From positions 89,964,001 through 90,028,000 of the forward strand of contig OZ076409.1 in NCBI GenBank assembly GCA_964187785.1: a stretch of 64,000 bases of DNA. Direction: 5' to 3'. Shown piece after piece: positions 1 to 12,649 of this stretch (positions are counted from its first letter, which is position 1; each line of letters begins with the position of its first letter). Origin of the DNA: Amphiscolops sp. MND2022 (lineage: Eukaryota). The notes beneath the pieces were generated by a model. It had not been told where the DNA came from and made no database searches. It was given only the letters and a program-made list of their open reading frames with translations. The position numbers and the translations under genes are program-made.

Positions 1-830
1 GGAAACTTGGATGATAGCAGTGGGCTTATGGAAACAGAATACTCGTTTGTAATTTTTGCTTCGACGAGGCTAGGGTTGGTTGGATGTTTCTTTATATTAC
101 CTTGAGTGTTCTGTAGACTGCTTTTGGCGATGGCATTACTGTTTCTTGTGATTGCTTCCTGCTTCGCTTGTCCAATCATGGACTTAAATTTATTCCTCAT
201 TGCCTTGTATGCTTGATGATTTCCAAGGGATGGCTCGTTAATCCACGTCTGGTAGTATTTATTGCGCTCTGTTATTGCTTTTTGTTTATTTTGTTACTAA
301 TCCAGTCATCTGTTCGCTCTTTTCCTAAAAGCACTAGCCTTGTGATTTTTAATGCCAAGAATGATAATGGAAAGCGTGAACAGATTCGCACCGGAACAGG
401 AAAATTCCAATGAACTCCACAAGATTTTCATTTCGCCCGAATCAACTACTTTCGAAAGTGATATGCATCACCTCACTGAGTACTTCTTATGCGATCAGCG
501 TGTGAAGTGGGATCACTTTCGAAAGTAGTTGATTCAGGCGAAATGGAAATTTGTGGAGTTCATTGAATCAACAGTTGGGCGTTATGAGGAGTTTGAGGAA
601 TGTTTATCAGTTTTGGGTTGAGAGAGTGGTCTGTAAGCCAAATTGCATAGATGCAAAAAGCATGAGTTTTGAAGCGTTAGATAAGAATGTAAGCAACCAT
701 GTGATGTTGTTGAGTAATGATTTGGGTTTTGGTTTGGCCATTTGGTTGAGTTTTGATGAGGTGACCAGTTTGATTTACCTTTACCGGATTGGAACAATGA
801 CAACGAGAAGAGCTTGAAAAACATTGTGAA
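1..830 (-). mobile_element. Degenerate non-LTR retrotransposon (LINE) ORF2 fragment, interrupted by a small inverted-repeat element
   Basis: Reverse strand reads DDWISNKINKKAITERNKYYQTWINEP...YKAMRNKFKSMI, resembling the endonuclease-RT linker and the LINE at 43799-44203 (ITNEYKNAIVKRNKFL). Reading frame is broken; the right boundary is approximate. Confidence 0.5.
408..565. repeat. Small inverted-repeat (MITE-like/foldback) element, ~55-bp arms
   Basis: caatgaactccacaagattttcatttcgcccgaatcaactactttcgaaagtgat (408-462) is nearly the reverse complement of 512-565. Confidence 0.75.
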
Positions 831-2559
831 TATTTTGAACTGTGTTATTTTTTTGATTGAGATGACTTCTAGGAATTAAGAAAGTTTCTTGATTTTTATT
901 TCGCAAATGAGAACTTGGGAAATCATAAACGTGGGCAAAACGATGTGACCTACAAAAAAAGACTGTTTTGTCCTCTATTACACGAGCGATTGGAGAATTT
1001 AAAATTGAAATTGAATCTTATGATTAGAATCAACAAGGATTACTGTGATTTTGCTTGTCGTTGGTTTTCTATGGGAAGATACAGGTGATAACATAATCAT
1101 AGATAGCTAGCTACTGGTCATTTTTCTGACTGGTCTGGATTTCTGTTTGCTTTCAATTGTTGTAATAGCTACCGGGTATTTTGATAGTATCTCAATTCGA
1201 TAATTAGCACAAATTACGATTTTTTTCATTATTGCCTGTATGCCACGTAAACAAACCCTCGAGAGGTAAAGTTTTAACCAATGACGGCTTGATTGAACGA
1301 ATCATTAACAAAAGTGGAAATTCTTGTCCCAGAAAATTTTAAAAAGTGCTACGAAAATAAATGCTAGTCACAAATCTGAAAGGCATCTCAAAAGGGTTTA
1401 AATGTCAGAGGATCAAAAATTCTGAGTTGTATTCCACTGCTACAACCGTTTGTTGTAAGGAATCTAGGCTCTATGTTCATTTTGGGCAGCAACTGTTCTT
1501 TCCATTCTTGAGGGGCTATGTTGATGAAACTTGTTTGATGGGAAGCTAGGCCTTAACGCTCACTCGTGTTTCGTGAGGATGGCAAAGACCGGGGATGACT
1601 TAACGTCCTGGAGCCTGGTGACATAACACCTGCCAAAATTTACAAATGTTCAAAGTAATATTGTACACAAAATAGAAGCTATGGCGAGTACGCAAAATTA
1701 GTGTATAAGACGTCTCAGAACACCAATCCAACACAGAAAACCGCCAGAGTACACCAACACTTGACAGAACGTGCGGAGACCTCCTGTACAGTGGTATCAT
1801 TAGAAAATTCACCTCAGAAATGGGCCAGAGCTGGCTTTTGGCCGCATAATCATGGACTAACATACGCACACTTTGCATGGACTGTTCCGCAGGTCAAAAA
1901 CTAGTTGAGGCCGTAATTCAATGTTTTACTGGCAGCACTCTGTATGTTTGTGCTATTTGGCAGATATTTAGGATATATGATCTGCTAGACTCAGTATTTT
2001 TACCACACTCAACTAATGTAATGTTTTCTAGCTAACTGTCATTTTGGACCCCGAAACAAGGAAATTTCAGGTACCCTAGAAAACCGTTTAATGTGCTTGT
2101 GGGTCGTCACAATTTCTGGACTTTGAGTGTGTCAGCATGTAGCCACGGAGCTCTAAAATTAGAAGACCTCTTTTGGGAGAAAAAGTGTTTAGGCTTGTGT
2201 ATCGGCTATGGTCTCCTGTCCAAGCAACACAAGCCTTGCCCCAGCACTAGCATGTCCTCCTTTTGCTGGACGTTACAAAACATGGATGTTCATTGCGGAT
2301 GGTCACTCGTTTTTACTATTCTTGTATGACTAAAATTTCAACAAAGACTTTTCGTTTTCCTTTTTGCGTGAGACAGTTTCAATTTGATGAAGGACGTCTT
2401 CTGGAATCATCTTGTGATCCATGTAAAAAAACACTGAATTTCCTTTATATAAGAAAAAATATTGCTTTCCTTATTAAAGGCAGTGTACAAGTTCTAATTA
2501 AAAAACATATAGTAAGTTACACTGAAATAATGAATTATAATGTAAAATGAAATCAAAGA

Positions 2560-4230
2560 AACCGGAAGTCCGTCCAACGATTCTTGTCAAACTCTGGTGA
2601 CAAGTCAATTTGATGTTTAAACTTGTCTTGGAAAAAGTCTTTCAATCTAGTTTTGATAGTATCATAAGTCCATTTTTTGTTTTTAATTCAGGTGGAAAGT
2701 TGTTCCATAAGGGAACATTTTTTTTTTGAAAAAGCTGTTGGTCAAGTAGCTTCTATTAGTCTTTAAATCATAAACCAAAAGATTTGATCTTTTGAGTACC
2801 TTATTTTTTGCAGTTTTTATATCTTGATGTTTAAAGGCCGGTAATAAATCATTTTGATATTTCCAGAAATAAAGAACCGCCTTCAAATCCAAAAAGAGAC
2901 CTAAAAATTTGTATTGTAATTTGGGATCTCTCGATGAATCGAATTGCTTCTTGTGAAAGCAAGCTTTAAAAACCCAACTTAATTGTTTTTCCAAAGTTAA
3001 CCAAAGTTACTGCGAAATACCATTTATCAAAGTAGAAGAGTAATGGAGATGTCTAAGAACGAGTGAATTCAGCAGTAGAAGACGTGTTTTTTCAGGTAGG
3101 ATGTTCCGGATAGAATACAAGACTTTTATACCCGTAGCCTTTTTACGGAGAATATTTTGTTCTTCCATTTGGTATGTCAAGTTTTGGTCTAGATAAACGC
3201 CTGAATATTTTGCAGATTTGGATTGTTCAATGAATTCATTTTTCACTTTCAATTGACGAAGATCAGCTATATGATTTTGTGACTTTTTACAAAAGGATAT
3301 AAACTCTGTTTTGTCAGCGTTTATTTTGAGGCGGTGTTTTTCAAAGAAAAGTATCACGTTTGTTATATTGGTTTCTAGATATTTCCAAATACTGTTCCAA
3401 ATTCCCACTTGCTGAATAGAGAAAGGTATCGACAGCATACTGTACAAGCTGTGTTGGTCTCTGTACAGAGGATCTCGTAAAGTTAACATAAATGTTAAAT
3501 AGAAGGGGACCCATTATAGTGCCTTGTACACCCCGATATAATTTTATCCAGTCGGAAGAACAAGATGGAAGGATGACCTTTTGTATCCGACTTTGAAGAT
3601 ATGTTTTTATCATTGAGATGGCTTCATCACCGAAATTCATACATTTTAGTTTCTCTATTAGAATTTCATGACACAATGGAGTCAAAAGCAATAAAGACAC
3701 AATGTCATTTCGTATGTGTTCAGTAGAAAATAATAAGGCATCAGTTGTTGAAAACTTTTCCCGGAAACCAAATTGTGAAGGACTTAAAAGATTGTGTTTT
3801 TCTAAGAATTGATGTGTTTGTTTCTTCAAAATTTTTCAAAGATCTTTGATAGTGCACAAGTAATCGAAGTCGGTCTGTAAATATTGGGGTCTTCTGAGTC
3901 ACCTTTTTTAAAAATGGATTAATATGCGCTCGCGTCAAGTGCTCTGGGAAAAATTCCTTCAGTGATGAAAGCATTGATAAGGAAGCATAGAGGTTCGGCG
4001 AGGATTTTTGAACAGTCCTTCAGAGCCCATGCCGGGATGCAGGGGCATAAATGTCATCTTTTTTTCACAGATGGAAGCAAAAAAATTCGTGATGCCATTT
4101 ATTGGATTCAAGAGATAGGAACATTGGATAGTAAGTATGGAGTAAATAGTTTGGTTGATCTTGCGAAAAAAGTCGTTTATGGAAAGACAAGTTTGAAGTT
4201 TATTTCAAAAATGTGAACATGTTCGGAGGT
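2560..4230 (-). mobile_element. Degenerate LINE (CR1/L2-like) reverse transcriptase and C-terminal region
   Basis: Broken ORFs 3741-3974, 3341-3829 and 3007-3489 carry QFGFREKFST, GVQGTIMGPLLFNIYVN, QYAVDT (decayed YADD), LKINADKTE and KYSGVYLDQNL; several frameshifts. Confidence 0.85.
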
Positions 4231-4619
4231 TAGGTTGGAAGAGTAAGGACCCTATTGCGATTTTCTAGGACGATGGTTTTGAAGTCGAGGATATGTGTTC
4301 CAGTTTGAAAGGGGGCACTACGAATAAACCAATTTGAGTATTAGAGCTGTGTATTGATTCAATGATTGAAAGGGGATACAAGGTATGATACATGTGAGGA
4401 CGATCCGGAAATAAATGAACAGGAGTTGAGATAAAGGGAGGTGGGTATGAAGCTTCCAGCAGAGGCCCATTTCAAGTAGTAGATTCCTTGTGAGTTGAAA
4501 TAGTGCATCGAGTTTGCGTAGTTTTGAGAAGAGGCTTTGGAAATTGATTTTGATAATGGGGCAGTAAAGATTGTGGCAAAAAAACTCGATGAATTTTACT
4601 GTAAATTGTACTGACTGTA

Positions 4620-5198
4620 AGGACTACCGTCCCTAGTGTCTTTAAGGTCACAATCAGACCGTGAGTCCTTCTTTGTAATTTTAGATTTCAACCCATTGTT
4701 TCCTTCAGTGTTTTCCTGACTATTAGGAGACGAGCGAGCCTCAGTGTCCCGATTTCCTGAAGATGACATTGAACTAACTATATTCTAGATCTCCGGAAGT
4801 ACTCTTTCAGCTATTGCTGCACTGATTGCTCTATTTATCTGATTATGCATCATGAACATCATGGAGTCCATTTCCTGAAAGTGTCTCATATTAAATTCAC
4901 TGGTGAAAGCTTCCATGGTCTCTTGCATCATATCTTGTCTAGAGATCGCAATTTCGTGGACATAGTGTCCAAAGCCATTTAGGAGGGGATCATCCTCTCT
5001 AGCCTGTAAGTTGGACTCATTGTTACAGTGACCTCCTTCGTTTCCAATTACATTAGAGAGTTCTCTTTCAACTGGGTTAACATTGTCACTACCTAATATA
5101 ACGTCCAAAGTTTCAAAGTCGGACATCATGTCCATCTCTCTAGACTTTCTAGCTTTCGCTTTCTGTCTCCTAGATGAACGCATAAGAAGTAGTTGCAA
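4620..5198 (-). pseudogene. Unidentified ORF remnant, possibly the N-terminus of a transposon protein
   Basis: 137-aa ORF (4785-5198) that continues past an in-frame stop with plausible codons to ~4620; no recognisable motif. Confidence 0.25.
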
Positions 5199-8100
5199 GA
5201 GGAAAGAAGTAAATTGTCTATAGCTTGCAATTCGTAATTTTAACCACTGTATTGTAGTACACAGAAAATTATTGTCCCCGGTACTAAGAGTCTTGGGTAT
5301 ATAGATTCATAATTCCATGCCTTGCATAAATCAGGTCTTTTAGCTATTTTTAGAGCATAGGGTCTAAATATAGTAACAGTAATCAAAATACGTTACTTTA
5401 TATAGCATCGTGACGTAAAACCTAAATGTAATCTTCATTACGTATCAAACAGTAAATTGTTTACGTGGCCTTGTGGGCGGCGCCAACATCACATCAAACA
5501 TTATACGGGGTTGTATGTTAAATACATGTAAATTGCATGAGCATCTAATAGAGAAAGGGGAAAAGGACAATATGACCACTTCTGTATAATACATATGATT
5601 TCAGGCAACGAGTTCATGTATCTAATCTTACAAATTGCAACTTCCATTAATCCATAAGGGCCATGTTTGAGTGTTGATTTCAGCTATATTGCACTTTCAC
5701 TTTAATGTAGGACTGGATGTCCCTCAGCCACAGTTGGTCATTCTAAACAGGTGAACGGTCGAGTACGGCGTTAAAATCAAAGCACTCACTGCAAAGCAAG
5801 TTAATAAAAGCACGTTTGTGATTGGTCTAAATTCAATTGAACTGGCTGTCCAAGGCGACAGGCAAAGAAGGATTTGAACACGTTTCCTTTGCCTGTACGC
5901 CTTGGTGTCCAATTACTGATAATTCATCACCGTTTACATTTATGAGTATATTAAAGTAACAGCATAATAATTCAATATCATTAACATGAACTAAGTGTAG
6001 GTTAATTCAACTACAAGTCCGATTATTGATTTCAAATTTAGCAACAACAACGAAAAGTTATAGCTGAGTGAAGAATAAGTTTGTCAGTTCTATCCATGTC
6101 CTTTTGGACAGCGAGTCCTTCTCCTTAATCCAAGGGGATTGTCCCACGGAGAGAGTTATAGTGATTTCAGGAATCTGAGTACGAATTCCCATCGGCCACC
6201 TGGGACACTCCGCCTGGCATAAAGAGGAACGTCCCTGCAGACATCCCGTCCAGGAAAGCCCTCCTTCTTACTTCCTGCTCTAGGAGCGTTTCTCCAGGAA
6301 TTGCTGTTTTGCTCAGGTAATCGTTGATTGCTTCTGTCTAAGCCTTCTGTCTGAGCTTGTGGGACAGACTTTCCACAGACCACGCAGTCCGAATAGTTCA
6401 CTACAGAGAAGCTTCAGTCACTGCCACCCGCTGAAATGATTTGAGATCCATTCCGCCCTTATAGTCTCGTCAGAGTAGGAGCAGCTAGGTACACCCCGTA
6501 GTCAGGACCTCTACCGGTGCGGAGGGGACATTGGAGTATCTACTTGGGGTATTAAGTTGCGGCAGAAGTTAATGGTGTGATTACTTCTTACCCTGTCGTC
6601 GCTCGCTTATGGGTTATTCCCATTGCCAAGATTAAAGTATTTTTGACTGAAAGTAGGGAACGGCGATTGGTTCGGCCTTGGAGTCGCACACCTCTTTTGA
6701 AACCCTGGTGTCCCAGTAGTTGATATTGGGATGGGATCAGTTAGTTGCCTCTCTCTACATCTTGCCATTAGCTCATTTTCTTCTGTCTCCTCGTCTGAAG
6801 AAGAAACCAGGTCTTCCACAGAGTCCCTGCTAATGCAGTCCATGCAATCGTCTTTGACGCTTGATATGTAAATAACGGCCGGTTCCCCTTCGGATTGGGC
6901 GGCGCCAACAAAATCGTCAGGGGAAAGTTTCCTGCTGGTCAATGATGTACCTTTCTTTAAGGATCGTTTTTGCAACCTTGAAGAGATGGTTAACCGGTTT
7001 CAAATCTTGAGCTTATTGATAGCAGCTGATCGGTGCAGATGAAATCAGAAGAATATCGATTTCCTTCGCTGTCGATTCGTGCGGATTCTACTCAATTTCG
7101 TTTTTTCTTTTCCCGGTTTAATGCTTCACTTTCTGAATGATTTCACAATAACAAATATTTTCCCTGTAACTAGCCTTCAAATCGCCGCTGAGGCCACTTT
7201 GAAATTATCGACAGCGGCATTGTTGACTCTCATAACTTCTTTCAACACTTCTAGTTCTGAAGGATCCTGATGAGTGTTCATCATAATAATAAAGTTTATT
7301 AACACTCATCATGCACTTGACTGCTTCAAGTGGGTGAAGATACAGCTGAAGGCCACGCTGTCTCGTTTTATCTGTGGCAGCCAATAAAATGGCAGGAAAT
7401 TGTCTTCTTCCACAAAATGGCCATGTAAGGATCAGGGCCCATACAAGGAACAAAATATCATGACCTTGAAATAATAGATTACTTATGAAAACAAAAAGAT
7501 AATAGTACAAAATAAAAAAAATTTCGAAATGAGTAAAATAATGCAGATATTGCAGGCAGACTCTATCCACATTTGTCGTAAATCCCAAGTAAATGTAGAA
7601 TTGATACCAAACTGTATAGCCACGAACTCCAATTTTGACATCTTGCCTCATTGCCCATTCGCCATTTCAAATTTTACATTCACTTCCATAGCATACTATT
7701 TTCGTATTATCTAGTATTTAATCATCGTTAGTTTCTATTTTCATTGTATTTAATCCGTGAGCATATATTCCGTCCTAAGACATTCTGTCTGTTTATCCCT
7801 ATCTCTTTGGATATCCCGGGTTCTCCTGGGTTGTAGACGTTCAGTCCAGAGTCACCAAACTACTACACTCATCTCGCCCCTTCATTTTTGAGAACAGAAA
7901 GGTCAAGACCCGACTGAATCTACTCATAGCAGCCTCCCGCTTACAGCAGCCTTCAACAGCAATCAAATTTCACTGGACAGTTTTGCCACTGATACGTACC
8001 CATCAAACATTGTTCTGTCCGTCTGTGTCTCCAACAGGTTAGGCTCCTTTGAGGCTCATTCTCTCAATTAGCTGAAGTTTCATAATTGACCTAAAAAGAG

Positions 8101-8322
8101 CTTGATCAGGGCTGTCAATTTGTTCACGTTTTTCCTGTCCACTAACAGTCTTTACGTTTCTTCCGATTTCTCTACTTCCGGAAGATTTTCAAACGCGGTG
8201 AAAGGAATCGTATTCAGGAAGGTTCCCGCTTGAGTCTATTTATTTCTCTTTAGACATATCGTCCAACAAACAGCCAGCAGAGAGTCAGCTCCCCGGACAA
8301 TACAAATCAGAAGGGAGGACGA

Positions 8323-10920
8323 ATGAAGAACTCGCAAGGCAGCCCGAGATATTTACGGGCCCTCAGACTGACATCCTTGCTCTTAGCCCTTCCACCGAAG
8401 AGAGCGTTACGGCATATATCGAATGCACACACAATGATGAGCTTGGGAGAGGTGGAGGAAGAACTTGATTTTCCGCTACTGTCCTCTCAGACGTCGCGTG
8501 CTGAGGACAAGCCCGGTGGCCAAGAGGCAGAGAAAGAGGCCGTCTCCACTTTTATGGAGAAGATAGTGAACGCCCAAATTCCCAGTGCCCATGAGTCAAA
8601 AACGACCGCTGTTGTGACTGAGGTAGTTAGTGAGGTCAGTTCTTCCGTAAGGAAGGTCGGTTATTTCCAAACTGACACCGGTGATTTTGAGGAATTGCTT
8701 GATAGTTCCGGGGCTGAGTCAGTTAGAGAACAACCCGTCTTGATACCCGCGGACTTCGGGATTACTGTTAGATAAGAGAGCAACAACTCGACTGCACCTG
8801 AACACAATGGATGTTCCTGCCTTCGCCACAGCTAGGCCTCCAAGTCCTCCTCAACCGTTTTCTGCATAGGCGAGGAGAGGACTCTCATCAGGAAGTATTT
8901 CGCTGAAAACACTCCTCCAATTCTACCAGCAGGGCACGCCACAGTTGCGTTCAACGAACAACAAGTACATTCTGTCCTCCGGACAGTTTCTGACGAGACA
9001 GTAGGAACCTCCTTGCATCTGATGAAGAACATGCTAGTAGAGGCCATGCGGATAGGTGCACGCTTCCGAGATGACCCGAATCGACAGCGAGTCCACTGCT
9101 TACGAGACAGGTCAGCAAGCTCTGCAGTAGACGGGAGTCAGAGTGAGGACGGAACTGGAGTGTACACTAGTGGTGCTTTGAGTTCCGACGACGACTACGC
9201 CAGTTTTGACCTTCAGGAACACAGGCCAAGAACCTCGACCGTAACACACAAGCAAAATACCGTAACACACAAGCAAGATAACCACACGAGCCCGCGAGTC
9301 ATCTAACCATTGTTGTACCCAGTCCAGGATTTATCGCCGCCGATTACGAGCCTCTAGGTACACTTTGATCACAATCTCCTACTAGTCCTGTGGACTAGTC
9401 CTCCCCGTAAGAGGCCCAAAACATCAGCCAGAGCCGGGAAGATCATGAAAGAGGCGTACTTCAAGGGCATACGTTGGACGAGGACCTTTGTCAATGCCCC
9501 TTGGATGCTGAGCACAATAAGCACAATTTTTAATGCCATATCTGCAAAACAAACGTGTCGATCAAGTCAAAAATCGCACGAGAGATTGTCAGGCACTTTC
9601 AGGCTGAATCGCATTTGCGAAAGGACCAGCGATGGCGATTCGAAAACTTCTGCCAAGTCGACAGAGCGACCGGTCAGGTATCAGGTCAGAGTGAAGAATG
9701 GACAAACTTTGACACCCACTGAACAGGAGAAGGAGAGACTCTCTTTGAGACTGCCCCCCTCGTGGACATAGCAGAAAAGTATCTTTACTATGAAAATTCC
9801 AAAGCAGGTCTGGGATCCTATGCCAATCCCGAGGAAGTCCGCATTTGAGTCCAGATTTCATTAGTAGCCTCATTTTCTCCCAGATTCGATAAAACCCGTT
9901 TGCTCCAGACGTTGTGGAACGGGGTCGGAGTCAGACCCTGTTTGCACCTTTCAACAGGGGGGTCACCACGATAACTGTAAGTATTTTCCATGTTCTCAAA
10001 TTATCTTCTATCTGGAATGCTTCAACATGCCGCAAGTCCTTATGGGCGATGTTTTATTTAGGACAATTTTCAATCACATCTTTGTAAGATCGCAGACATC
10101 ACCCATCCATCACGTCGGTGCTGAAGGCTCAAATTCCTTAAAATTTGAGTCCATGGGAGCCTACTGTTTCATTTCGATCCGGTTCTGGAAAGAAGACAAC
10201 ATCTGCGTAGTGAAGCTCTTCCGCTATCGTCTGGCCTGTGAACCAATAGCAGGGTTGCCCAATGCCATCTACAGGCTCCTGTCAGTCTTGTCGGCACGAC
10301 AACAAATCGTCAGTGTGTCTGGGTGTCCTCCTGAGGTTCTCCCCTTGCTGGAACGTTCCTCTTATTTTGACAAGGGAATTCAATACCCTTTCAAATTTGA
10401 CGCTTTCTCTCTTCCTAGGCTGATGCATCAACGATGGGACTGTGTCTTCGGTGGCGTTAGCTTTTTCTTACGATTGCCACTCCTGGTCACCTTCTTGGAC
10501 GGATGCCAAAATCATGTCTTGTTTACTTCAACACCTGAACTATGCAGGGGTGGTACTTTACACTACTTTAGCACTCATTATTAGTGGCCCTGTAGACTAC
10601 TTCTCCGTTTCTACAGGGCATCTCGACCTGCAAACTGGAATTTTCCTCAGTTCCTGCCACTGCCATTTGTTCTGAATTGCTAACCAATTGGAAGTCTGTC
10701 CACGAGTACCTCATGAAGTTTGCGCCACCACTGGTCATGCAAGGAGTCAAAAATAGGGTAGCTTACCGCCTATCCTTCAAGTCCAACTTACATGTCACCA
10801 AGCAAGTACTTGGTACTGACCGGCTACACCATTGTTTAGTGGAGGTGGAAATAAAGCATCCCAAACGTTCCCCCGTGAAGCATAAAAACGCTGTTCTCTT
10901 TGAAGTCTTTATGCCGTCTG
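8323..10920 (+). pseudogene. Decayed zinc-finger gene, hAT-transposase-like remnant
   Basis: At ~9500-9640 one frame reads HNKHNF*CHICKTNVSIKSKIAREIVRHFQAESHLRKDQRWRFE (CxxC...HxxxxxH), as in N-termini of hAT-type transposases. It is preceded by low-complexity acidic/Ser ORF pieces; possible GTAAGT...TTTAG intron at ~9978-10061; stops and frameshifts throughout. Confidence 0.4.
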
Positions 10921-11780
10921 AAGCTTTACAGTCTGCCAGAATAAGTGAATCTACTGAAAAGTTATTGTACATAGAGTATATTTGTCCATTTCTTTCCTTT
11001 GTATCTTCCCTTTGTTTATCAAACTATTTCCTTGTTGTATGTATCATTTTTATAGTTTTCTCTGGCGATTGTTATATAGTCTGCCGTTGATACCTTTTGT
11101 TGATGTGTTTCTTGAGTACATGTATGTGTATAGATAGTCAGAGTAGTCCCACGGAAAGAAGTATATCAGTCTGTCTAATGGACTTGGGGGACTTTAATTT
11201 ACATTTCTGGCTAGTGTCTGTATTCATCAGAATAATTGGGGGTAGAATTTGATTGAAAGTTTTATTTCCATCCTCTAGGGCTCGAATTTTTTTCAAAATG
11301 TTTGTTTTTCGTTGCGCGGATTGTGATGCATAGTGTAATCAGAAATTGCGGATTGTGGTCATTGAGCGTAATTAGAGAAAAGCGGAAACCAGTCAAAAAT
11401 GTTCAACCTACAATTGACTCATCTGTAAAGTGAATGAAGTGTAACTTAGTCAATCTTTGACTAGAATTCACTTTTCGAGTTATTAGAATTATCATTCATT
11501 GAAAATTGGGAAAGTGATCAAAGTTTGACTACTTTACGCCAAACAAACGATATATCATACTGCTTTCTCATTCCACAAAAAGGCTTCACATTGTAATTGC
11601 CGCTGTGGCAGTCGGTAATTAGTTTGACTGTTTTACTCTGTTTATTTTGACTGGTTTACACTAATTTGACTAATTTACACAATTACATGCTTGAATTCAC
11701 AATTTAACATAGCCCCTTTGGCAACAGCATTACTGGCTATTGAAGATGATAATAATACCGCGTTTCTATTGGCTCCTAAT

Positions 11781-11806
11781 CGAACTAGCAAGATCTTGCT
11801 AGTTCG
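11781..11806. other. Perfect 26-bp palindrome
   Basis: cgaactagcaagatcttgctagttcg equals its own reverse complement; ATTGG (CCAAT) motifs lie on both sides. Confidence 0.9.
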
Positions 11807-12649
11807 TTGCGGCATATGCATCGCATTGAAAGGAGCATGGAAACGTATTATTGGCTTTGCTAATATTTTATGCATCTAATTTGGGGTGGTCTATTTTTTC
11901 GAGGGGATTCATGAAAAGAACAGCGTGGAAATGCTACAGCAGTCTAAAAGTCTCATTCATGTATTTGATTCATTTATTTGATTTGACCCAGTTTTTTCAT
12001 TATTCACCGCTGCCAGTACATGAATAGTTTCATGGAAGATAACCATTTTAGCTTGTTATTTGCATTAGGAACTGTTTCCACAGAATAAATGCTCATGCGA
12101 AGATGTCGCTCCATTATGTAGACTAAATACTGAAAACACATAGTAAACGATGGTTAGTTACAATGGAACAAACGGTCAGCGGAGATTCCGTTCGAGATAT
12201 TTGAGCGGCATTGCTACACGCTCTTGAACAATTCGAGAATGAACCATCTGCACCAATATAGGACGTAAACCATGCTCACGTTTACACTTAAATGCCGCAT
12301 CTCTTATACTGTTATCGCTATTACTAAGTATGGAATTTCAATGTTGAAAGGTTGGGCAGACTGTTTCAGTTTCTGAAGTCGTTTTACAAGGTTAGTCAAA
12401 GTCTTTGGGTCTTTTTATGGTATTCTCAAAGAGCAACCCAATCGATTTTTAGTAGGCGCTAAAAACCGACCGTGAACTGGCGTATTTCTGGAAGTTTATT
12501 TAAGCTGTACTTAATTTGCGCACTTGCACCAGCAATTTTGCCCAGCGGTTTTCCAGGCCTAGTATCAGGGTCTGAGAAATACAAGTAGGTGGCTCCGAGT
12601 CCCACACTGAACCAAACTTTTTATGCTTGCAAAGATTGACAGAGACCCT

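Noticed and set aside
5476..5489. gggcggcgccaaca (also at ~6897) as a PBS
   Set aside because: No adjacent LTR end or paired LTR could be identified.
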